Origin: Camelus ferus
Lineage: Eukaryota
DNA: 64,000 nt
Assembly (NCBI RefSeq): GCF_009834535.1
Contig: NC_045697.1
Span: 23,624,001 to 23,688,000, forward strand
Direction: 5' to 3'
Part shown: piece after piece, positions 49,718 to 59,767 of the stretch
How positions within the stretch are numbered: position 1 is the first letter of the stretch
Layout: each line of letters starts with the position of its first letter
Notes under the pieces: generated by a model
Seen by the model: only the letters and a program-made list of their open reading frames with translations
The model's database searches: none
What the model was told of the DNA's origin: nothing
Made by a program: the position numbers and the translations under genes

Positions 49718-50197
49718 TGTGGCAGATCTACCATCCTCTTACATGATTTTCCTACAATATGTGATTGTCACTCCTCCCAGAGAGGTGTTTAGGTGCCTGT
49801 ACTTGAATCTGGGTGGAGCTGTGAACACTGTGGATAGACACTACGTGATTTCTGAGGTTAAGTTATGAAAGCTGATAAAGCTTCTGCTTGCTCATGGAAC
49901 CAGCCATGCTGCGAGAAAGCCCAGGCCACATGGAAAGTCTCTGTCTAGGTTTTCAGGATGACTGGCCCAGATGAGTTCCAAGACTATAGCCAGCATTAAT
50001 AAACCTGTAGACATGAGAGTGTGGAAATTTTCAAACAGACCCAGTTCCATCTACTGTGTGACTGCAACTGGGTGAATGACTTTGAGCAAGTATCACTTAA
50101 CCAACCCTCAGAACTTTGAGTGATGTTAATGGTTCTTTTTGTTTTAAGCCACCAAGTTTTAGGAGGATTTATTGCATAACAATAGATAATTACAATG
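49718..50197 (+). mobile_element. MLT1G/H-like MaLR LTR
   Basis: TGTGGCAGA start; CTTGAATCTGGG, AGAAAGCCCAGGCCACATGGA, TGACTGCAACT, GTTTTAAGCCACCAAGTTTTAGG...CAATAGATAA end. Confidence 0.85.
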
Positions 50198-50701
50198 TGG
50201 TAATAATGGCTTTATTACTAAATGTAGTCATTTCCCCTTGACATCTTCTAGTTGATTGTGCTTGGTTTAACTTCCTTAAATATATGACTTTTCTTATTTA
50301 AATTTAGGGAAAATATGATGTAACATTTATTAAATCACTTATACAGCACTGCCAGATACAACCTCTCAAAATTCCATAATAAAATATAATCTTTAAAAAA
50401 CAATTTGAAAACTTAAAACATCAGAGCTGCTAAATATATAAGTCATCCTAATGTTATAATCTGATAAGAAACTCTTCTCACTATAACACCAGTGGAGATC
50501 ACTTGAGATATCAATCGATACCTCGTGTGAACTATGTTAAGGAGGCAAAATAAACCAATAAAACTGAAAAAAAATAAAGAGATGTTTATGACCTATTCCA
50601 CTCCTTTATCCTTCCTCAGAGAATCCTTTTCACTTTGGACTTTTAGCTTGCATTCAGATAAACCCACTGTGTCAATATCACGAGTAATATGTCTATGTAG
50701 T

Positions 50702-51211
50702 TGTATGGTCAAGCCACCCAGGATGGCTGTTCTCTTGCTCTCTGGACATCCTCTGCTTGACCAGTTCCTGCTTCACCTGCACTTGATTCACATGACTGAC
50801 CTTCCCTCTTAATCATAGAGCTTAATCTATAAATGCCTATGAACTTGCCCTGGCCCTCGCTAGTGATTGTTCTAACCTTCGGATCAGAACACCTCCAACA
50901 TGATAGCTTATCAAAAGAGTAGTATGAAGGCATGCTCCTCTGCTGGTTTCCCTACTAACTGATGAGCCAACCTGAAGTCAATTCCCTCTATAACTGGTAA
51001 CCTTCCTCTCCCCTTGGGAGCTAAGACTGCTGCCATGTCCTGCCCGCTGTCTGCTGCACATGCCAGGGTGTAGCTCCAGGACTTTGCTTCAGACCTGTAA
51101 GATGCCCCCGTTCATGAAGCCATTGGTGACTGTCACTGACTCTGGGCTCTTTATTTGGTCTTGAGGCTGGGCAAGTACAGGGCTTGCAGGTCTCTGGGGT
51201 GCAGCCCAACA
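50702..51211 (+). mobile_element. MER74-like ERVL solo LTR
   Basis: TG...CA termini (TGTATGGTCAAGCCACCCAGGATGGCTG ... GGGGTGCAGCCCAACA) with a perfect 5-bp TSD GTAGT (50697-50701, 51212-51216). Family name from recall. Confidence 0.8.
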
Positions 51212-51216
51212 GTAGT

Positions 51217-51920
51217 TTATTCCTGTGATTTGTATAATAGTAGTTTGTTTTTCTATTGCTGTTTGCTATTTTATTATAAAGATGTATTTATTATAATTGG
51301 ACATTTGTGTTCTTTCCAGGTTGGATCTTCCATAAATATTATTTCTATAACATTCCTTTAATGTCTTTTAGTACACTTATAAGTATATGTCAATAAATGG
51401 ATTACTATGTCATATTTTTACTTTGCTAAGTGAAACTCAGCAAAGCTGTTGTAAAATTTGGTATTTCTGCTTGCAGAGTTTGAGAGTTTCAGTTGATCCA
51501 AGTCCTTGACAATACATATTATCACTTCTTTTAATTTTAGCCCTTCTGGTAGTTATACCTGATTCAACATTTAATTCCCCTGATAGCTAACATTTTTTTG
51601 TAAAGCCCATTTTTAATATGGTATATATTTTTAATCAGGCCTTTTGTATTTTCTTATTGATTTTTTAATTGAGTTTGTTAACACACTGTACATGTGTCTT
51701 GTATCTGCTATATAAATGGCAGGTATCTTCTCCTATATGTGACTTGTCTTTTCACTTTTTTCATGGAAACTCTGAATATTAGAAATTCTTATTTTTAATT
51801 AATCTATTTCATCAATATTTTTATTTATAATTATTACTTTTTGTTTCTTAAGAAATCTTTGGCTACTCAAAATTTATGAAGCTATTCTCTCATTTTTTAT
51901 AATACTCCTTTCACACTTAA
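51217..51920 (-). mobile_element. Old L1ME fragment, antisense
   Basis: TTGGACATTTGTGTTCTTTCCAG, TGAGAGTTTCAGTTGATCCA, TTTTAATTTTAGCCCTTCTGGT, TTAAGAAATCTTTG. Confidence 0.75.
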
Positions 51921-51929
51921 AATAGCACT

Positions 51930-52180
51930 CTAGATACTGTCTAAAGAATGCAGGATAGAGCTCAAGAGAGTGTGCAAGATGTTCCTTAGAAAATTGTTAG
52001 TGATCCAGATGTAACATAATCATCACAAAGACCAAGATGGTAGTGAAGGAGATCAAGGCAGTAATCTGAAATAACAGATTTTGGATGTAAATGAGATTTG
52101 CTGCTCAGTTGCAAGTTGAGATAAGAAACAAGGAATGGTTGATGACAATATCTATGTTATTTTGGCTCAGGAAGTTGTTA
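51930..52180 (-). mobile_element. L2 fragment
   Basis: TAGTGATCCAGATG...GACCAAGATGGTAGTG...GATTTGCTG...TTTTGGCTCAGGAAGTTG. Confidence 0.55.
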
Positions 52181-52192
52181 CTTAAGAATGTG

Positions 52193-52990
52193 AGATGGCC
52201 AATAGGCATATGAAAAGATGCTCAACATTACTATTATTAGAGAAATGCAAATCAAAACCACAATGAGGTATGACCTCATACAGGTCATAATAGCCATAAT
52301 TAAAAAGTCTACAAATAATGAATGCTGGAGAGGGTGTGGAGGAAAGGGAACCCTCCTACATTGTTGATGGGAATGTAAATTGGTGCAGCCACTATGGAGG
52401 ACAGTATGGAGGTTCCTTAAAAGGCTAAAAATAGACTTAACATATGCTCCAGCAATCCCACTCCGGGGCACGTATTCAGAAAAAAACTCTAAAACTCTGA
52501 AAAGACACATGCACCCCAATGTTCATAGTAGCACTATTTACAATAGCCATGACATGGAAACAACAGATGTTCATCAACAGATGACTGGATAAAGTAGATG
52601 TGGTATATATACACAATGGACTATTACTCAGCCATAAAAAGAATAAAATAATGCCATTTGCAGCAACATGGGTGGAACTAGAGATTATTATACTAAGTGA
52701 AGTAAGTCAGACAAAGACAAATACATAATATCACTTATATGTGGAATCTAAAAAATGATACAAAGGAATTTACTTACAAATAAAAATAGTCTCACAGATA
52801 TAGAAAACAAACTTATGGTTACCAAAAAAGAAAAAAAAAAGGGAGGGGACGGATAAATTTGGAATTTGAGATTAACAGATATACACTAATACAAAACAGA
52901 TAAACAACAAGGACCTACTGTATAGCACAGAGAACTATATTTAATATACTACAACAACAATAATGGAAAATAATCTGAAAAAGAATATAG
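52193..52990 (+). mobile_element. Older artiodactyl-type L1: ORF2 C-terminus and 3' UTR, interrupted
   Basis: Encodes [19 protein letters not shown] with frameshifts; 3' UTR matches the family at 11864-12400; resumes at 53881-53905 (AACTGAATCACTTTGCTGTACACCA). Confidence 0.93.
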
Positions 52991-52991
52991 G

Positions 52992-53025
<34 letters not shown>
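52992..53025. repeat. (TAGA)n microsatellite, ~8 units
   Basis: Direct reading. Confidence 0.95.
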
Positions 53026-53027
53026 TC

Positions 53028-53852
53028 TCAAAACTACAATGAGGTATCACCTCACACCAATCAGAATGGCTGTCATTCAAAAATCCACAAATGACAAATG
53101 CTGGAGAGGCTGTGGAGAAAGGGGAACCCTCCTACACTGCTGGTGGGAATGCAGTTTGGTGCAGCCACTATGGAAAACAGTGTGGAGATTCCCCAAAAGA
53201 CTAGGAATAGACTTACCGTATGATCCAGGAATCCCACTCCTGGGCTTATATCCAGAAGGAACCCTACTTCAGGATGACACCTGCACCCCAATGTTCATAG
53301 CAGCACTATTTACAACAGCCAAAACATGGAGACAGCCTAAATGTCCATCAACGGATGACTGGAAAAAGAAGAGGTGGTATATTTATACAATGGAATACTA
53401 CTCAGCCATAAAAACCAACAACATAACGCCATTTGCAGCAACATGGATGCTCCTGGAGAATGTCATTCTAAGCGAAGTAAGCCAGAAAGAGAAAGAAAAA
53501 TACCATATGAGATCGCTCATATGTGGAATCTAAAACAAACAAACAAACAAAGAATCAAACAAACAAAGCATAAATACAAAACAGAAACAGACTCAGACAT
53601 TGAATACAAACTTGTGGTTGCCAAGGGGGTGGAGGGTGGGAAGGGATAGATGGGATTTCAAAATTGTAGAATAGATAAACAAGATTATACTGTATAGCAC
53701 AGGGAAATATACACAAAATCTATGGTAGCTCACAGAGAAAAAAATGTGACAATGAATATATGTATGTTCATGTATAACTGAAAAATTGTGCTCAACATTG
53801 GAATTTGACACAACATTGTAAAATGATTATAAATCAATATAAAATGTTAAAT
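53028..53852 (+). mobile_element. Young 5'-truncated camelid-type L1 (L1_Vpa-like)
   Basis: Uninterrupted ORF2 C-terminus, several retained CpGs, 3' UTR GGTAGCTCACAGAGAAAAAAATGTGACAATG...GAATTTGACACAACATTGTAAAATG. Confidence 0.93.
53039..53533 (+). pseudogene. L1 ORF2p C-terminal 164 aa (cysteine-rich domain); TE-derived fragment, not a host gene
   Basis: MRYHLTPIRMA...[19 protein letters not shown] (CCHC motif)...TCTPMFIAALFT...WYIYTMEYYSAIK...SLICGI*, ending at the expected ORF2 stop. Confidence 0.92.
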
Positions 53853-53909
53853 GTGTATATATATACACACACACACACACAACTGAATCACTTTGCTGTA
53901 CACCAAGTG

Positions 53910-54800
53910 ATTGACATGTAGAATGATCCTGAAAGATGGATTAGGAAAAAGAGAAGGAAATATTTGTTGAGTTGATAACACAGACCCTCAGAAGAGAAGT
54001 TTTAGTTGATCAGTGGAAACAAAGCAGGTTAGAGAAAGTGAAGGCGGGATAGGACTAAAGGATAATTAAAACAACAAATATAGACTATACTTTATTTAAA
54101 AAAAACTAATTTTCTTACTTTTTTTGAGAAATAGTTTAGAGTAATGAATAGAATCTAAAAGGACTGTGGTTAAAAGATTGCTCTTTTAATGAAGGCAAAA
54201 ATGATTAAATTCACATATATACACATACTTAGGTAAGGAATGGTTTAGGCAGCGGGAAAGACAGAGTTGAGTGGGAGAGATTAATAATGGTGAACAAAGC
54301 AGAGGTGAAGCAGAGTCCTTGAGAAAGAGAAAGGCCTAGCATCCAAACCACAAAATAAACTACTGGCTTTTGAGAACAGAGGCTTTTCTTTCATTGTAAC
54401 AGGAGGGACAATGGATAATTTAGCTATTGATTCAAGTTTCTGTGCAGATTCATCGATGGGAAGATGAGGTATTTCTTACCTACCTTCTTTTTCCCCTCAG
54501 TGAAGACTAAAATAAGGCCATTGCCTTAGAGTTAGAAAAAGAGAGTGTTAGGGTTTTAAGGAAGAGAGAAGACAGCCATCATGCTGAACACTAGAAAGTG
54601 ACATAACCGGGCAAGCTGTAAAATGCTTAGGTCGTGTTGAAAGATTAGTTGAGGTGTATGTCTTAAAGTAAATTTAAACTTAAACTTAAAATGAAACAAA
54701 TCCGTTTAGTTTTGTGATGTTTGCTAGGAAGTCTAATTGCTTGGGTTTATGCATAGAGAATGTGAGTAGATACAATGGTTAGTGCTGCAGGCTTTCAGAT
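53910..54800 (-). mobile_element. L2 body fragment, antisense
   Basis: AAATATAGACTATACTTT, GCAGAGTCCTTGAGAAAGAG, TTCTTTCATTGTAACAGGAGGGA, TTTTTCCCCTCAGTGAAG. Confidence 0.7.
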
Positions 54801-55519
54801 TCGCCAGATCAAAATAGGAAAATGAGTGGCTCATGGAGAATGAGAGCATTTACAAAATATTATTTTACAATATATAGCTTATTTGATTGCAAATGAAGGA
54901 GAAGAATATATTTTTTTAAGAGAAGGGAAGATTTCATGTAACCTGAGTTAGTGTTTTTTCAAAAGCAAACACAAGGCATGCAGACAGAAAATGTTTTGTT
55001 GGGTACAGCATGGTTCAAGCATTCAGGTGGAGAAAATAACCTCTGTCTTGCACTGAAAACTACAGGACTGTTATATCCACCTTCAAAGGACTGAGATACA
55101 TGTACAGAGTCTTCTATTATATCAGTAGTTAAAATTACATAGCACAGAATTAAAATCTAACATATTATGAATTAATTGAATACATGCTACCCAATTCATT
55201 GAATTGAAGGATTAATCCTAGTAAATACATTCAGACACAAAAGAATTCATCCTTTATTTAATATGTATTTATGATTATAAATAAATCATAATACACCTTT
55301 AACCGTCTAGATTATAGTTTCAAAAAATTAAGTGATATTTTAAACATACTTATTGAAATAAAATTACATATTAGAACCATTATTAAAAGTTCCACAGGGA
55401 TAACAGTCCCTGAATCTGGATAACTTCTTTATTCATTTATGATATAGTTTTAGTCAAATAGATGTTCAAAAAATTTACTCAAAATTAGAAATAATATGGA
55501 AGAGTAGAAAAAAATCACA

Positions 55520-55790
55520 AACCTTCGCTCAGATATCTGAGTTGTAACTAGGTGACCATATCATGTATTATGCAATACAGGACAACATTGAGAGTAAAAG
55601 TGGTGCTATAAAAAATTATTCCAGGATAGCAGCATAAACCCAAACTCTCCTGAGTAATCTGAGATGTATATTCAACCTAGTTATAATACTTGTTTCCCTT
55701 TAGCCTGATAATCTTGCACATTTATTTGTCTTCTTGGCCTCAGTTTCTACATCTGAAAAATGAGTAGAGTAGAGCAGATAAATATCCTAC
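55520..55790 (+). mobile_element. MIR interrupted by MER94
   Basis: TCAGATATCTGAGTT|...GGCCTCAGTTTCTACATCTGAAAAATGAG core. Confidence 0.65.
55549..55679 (+). mobile_element. MER94 (hAT-Blackjack MITE)
   Basis: TAGGTGACCATAT...GGACAACATTGAGAGTAAAAGTGGTGCTAT...TTCAACCTA; 8-bp TSD GTTGTAAC/GTTATAAT. Confidence 0.85.
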
Positions 55791-58460
55791 ATGTTTAATG
55801 TTCATTTATTATTTACTTAGTTAATGGTTTTTACATACATACCAAGTGTGTATGTAAAAACTTATCTTACAAGAGATAAGACTGCAATAAAAAATAACAC
55901 ACAAAACATCTCTCAAGGAGACAATGCTTTGTGAAAGAAGGCAAGCTATGTGCATAATTGGTGCCACAAAGGGTAAAGGGTGGAGAGTGTCACAGATGGG
56001 ACAACTGGAGTGACTTCCAGGTTATTCTTTTTCACTGACCAGTCTAGAAAGTGGATCGTATTCCTTTCTCTTATCAACAGCTGCTATCAAAATCAAAGGT
56101 GACTTCCACAACCTGAACTTAGAGGTCTGTGATTTCTGTTACTTCAGCAATCTTTGCTCAGTGATCACACTTCAAACCTTGTCAGCACCCAAACCATAAC
56201 ATCTAAAACCCTGAATTTCAAAGTGCTGATAGCCTGGTCAATAATAATCTCACAGCACTGGGTAAGAGTGACTGAAGCAGAGAGAGGCTAAAATAATGGA
56301 ATGTACTTTTCAGATTAATGTAAAATCTAAAGAAAAATGTAAATAATCATCATGAGAGAAAGTGGATTCCAGAGACCATGTGAATAAAAAAATTGCCCAA
56401 TTCTATTAACTGTCTAGTGAAGATCATGAGCTTGGTTACCTGAATGTCAGCAGTGCTCTTAAAATAAAAGTCAGGTGGAAACTCAGGTTTGGAAAATAAA
56501 ATGACAGCATCAATTACTAAAAAGGAGAGTTCATTTACGCTAAATGTTCTAATCGTTAGAGAATAAATTAATGGATAATAAAACAAGTTTAAGAAATTCA
56601 TATATTTTATTTTATAAAACAATGTTGATTGAATACTTGGTTACTTCTAATGTAGCAGTGAAGTTTTTACCTAAACCTGGTCTTAGTAACTGTTAATAGA
56701 AAAATGCTTATCAATTTTCCTGTCCAGGAATGATTCGTCGTTTATTTTTCCAAGATTGCTTATTATAGTTGTTGATTTACATGGGATTGTCATTGTTGAT
56801 ATTGTTTGTATAAACTAGTAACTGAGTGGTAGTGGTAGGTAAGCCAAGAGGGATATAAAGTATGGTTTCATTTAAACCAGCTGTACTGGGCCTATGCATA
56901 TGTGGATCAAGTAGATGAGAAAGAAATATTTTTCATGAGGTAAGTAATGATATTTAGTCTTAAGGAAAGCTGCTTCAATGTACACATGGTAACACATGTC
57001 TTGGAGATGGAAAACAGCCATTCTGTAGCTTCTGCACTGAATGAAGCAACATCAGGGCACCTTGAGAAATAGAAACTGGGTACACCTCTGTGGTCACCAC
57101 CCTTGGTATGGCCAGTGCCAACCAATAGAAGGAGGTTTCAGAGGTTTCGCCAAATGACTTCAGTCTATAACAGTTGGGTAATGGAGCAAGGAAGGAAGAA
57201 GGGGAAATGTTCCACAAGAAAACTGGAAATGAGAGAATGGATAAGGCACTACTATGGGACTCTAGGTATAACTGAGATATTTTGAAAAGGACTAATTTCT
57301 AGAAATAAAATAGGTAGGAGCTTTTGCCGTAATGTCTCAATGTTTTAAAAAAGAAATGTTCTCTTTGAAAACATATCCTGATGAAGTTTTAAATACATGG
57401 GTCATATAAAAATAGCAATGCATTCTTAAGAAGCAATCTTCATTACCTTTCAGTTTATTAAATTAAAATCAAGAAATGGTGGACTATTGTCTACATAAGG
57501 AGTAAATTCAAGGCTAAATCAAAATAGGAATGTTGTATGGACTACAGATAGCCTTTTGACTATCCAACCTCACGATTTCCTCAATCACTGTGTTTATGTG
57601 GGTCTGTGATTAGTGTGTTATTTGTAAGCAATTTTACAGTTTTGTCTGTAGAGTCTAGAACCCATTCATAGACAATTTCTAAAATTAATATTTTGATTCC
57701 TGACAGCATAAAGCATACTGCCTTGACTTTGAAATCTTAATAGTAACTTTGTAACCCAGATGAGAAAATAAGATACACCAACTTGATGTTCCCACTTCAG
57801 TTTACCACTTTACAACTCACACCTTCACTACCATTTCTGCAGTCATAGTTTTAAAGCCTGTGGGAGAAATAAATATAGGTTTTACATACATTGTAGTTTT
57901 GATAATCAGTCCTCTTCCAACATTGTAAAATTCCCACACTTATGTCTTTTTAGGGGAAAGAGATTATTTCTAATCGTAGCATTATAAATGTGGAAACATA
58001 TAAAGAGATAAGAATTGCTAAAGATCATTGGCAGAGGTATGATTAAGTGTCAGTGAGCAACCACAGAATATAGAACATGATACAGACGTTCAAATTATAA
58101 AGAATATGAATAGTTGTAATTTTTAAAAAATGACTTCAAAAATTATTGTACCCTGAGGAAAAAAGCAGCACACTGTAAAGTTACATAAATATAAATAAGA
58201 AGGAGTTTTCCACGTACCCTTTGATTTTTATTACTTCTCAAAATTGAGTTAGCTATAGAACATTATGGTGTCATGCAGGCTAATTCGTCTCAGTGTGAGA
58301 ATCTTAAGCTATATTCTTACAGATTTGGAATCAAATAAATAGCACAAAAAAGAAAAGAGTAAAGATCAACATATGAAAATGATAAATTTATATTATGTAA
58401 ATTATGATCTTCATAATATGAAAAAATGTAGGTAAATATCCGTTACTGATACACATACAC

Positions 58461-58463
<3 letters not shown>

Positions 58464-58514
<51 letters not shown>
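58464..58514. repeat. Perfect (CA)25 microsatellite
   Basis: Direct reading. Confidence 0.97.
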
Positions 58515-58521
<7 letters not shown>

Positions 58522-59742
58522 TGCATATTACAAATATTTGAACTCTGACACCTGGTAATGTTAGTGATATTTTTCCATGGCTCTTTACTATGTAAAGGAA
58601 AAAGGAATTGAGTTTATGCTTTATGAAACCTATGCTGAACAAGTCATATATGTTGTTTCAATTAGGTCTAAGAAAAGCACCAGAAAATAATTCTTATTCT
58701 CCATTAAAACAGAAGGAAACAGTCAAAAGTAGAGTATTATTGAAATCACAGAATTTGTAGATATATCTAAAATTGAACTCTGTTTGTCATAGTCTTTCCA
58801 CCTACTCACTCCTGCAAAGATTTAGATTTATTTATTTATATTTAGAGGAGGTACTGGGTACCCAACACCCCCGTAAAGAGATCTCTGAAATGTAACTATT
58901 TATCATGAATGAACGGGGGAGCTTGGGGATGAAATGGAGGTGGGGAGGGGAAAGAGGTGGAAGGAGGGGGGGGGAGGAGAGATTGATTTTGAGATCCCTA
59001 TGGAACTTCCAGTAATAATGTGCCCTATACATACATTCTCCAGTAGCTAAAAAGAGTTAGCATGCTTCCTCCCTAATCTGAATCATCACCAGGAAAATAA
59101 CTTGGTACTAGGGGCAATCATTTAGAAAACATACATCCACAATGTGACTGCTAATAGTCCCATGGGAGGAAAAGAAAGAAAGAAAAGGTTCAGAGTGAGG
59201 ACTGTTTTCAGCACGTGCCAAAATCTAACCGATAATCCACTTCAAACAGAGTAGTGTTATTTCCCTTTCATTTCACTTCTCCTCCAGTACTGCTTTGAAT
59301 ATTGGATTTCCTTGTGATAAGGGTTCCAAGTTAATGATCAAAGTCCACTTCATGAACCAAGATGATTTTAACTCAGCTTTTCAGAGTTACTTTTCCTAAA
59401 ACGTTCCCCCGGGGAATCGAATTTTCCTGACTCAAGATATTTCTGTTCGAGGTCTAAAACCACTTTTGAGGGTAATAGCTATGTAAACACTGTTATATTT
59501 TGGTTGATTGAATCTGCATGAATTATTTTTCATTAAATGGCAAAATCTAATTCCAGGGGGAAAAATTCTTGTTAATTGTTTTCATAAAAACGTGCCCCAG
59601 GGCAGCATTTAGTTTTCCACTGACCATGGGTTTCAGAAAGCTTTTCAGTTCTGCCAAATCATTGCTTGCTTACATTATTCATTGAAAATGAAAAAAAATG
59701 ACCTTTATGATGAACATTTATTAAATACAGTTTTCCTCTAGC

Positions 59743-59767
59743 AAAAAAAAAAAAAAAAAAAAAAAAA
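59743..59767. repeat. A25 mononucleotide run
   Basis: Direct reading. Confidence 0.97.

Noticed and set aside
52178..52519. 113-aa minus-strand ORF
   Set aside because: Antisense translation of L1 ORF2, a well-known spurious ORF type.
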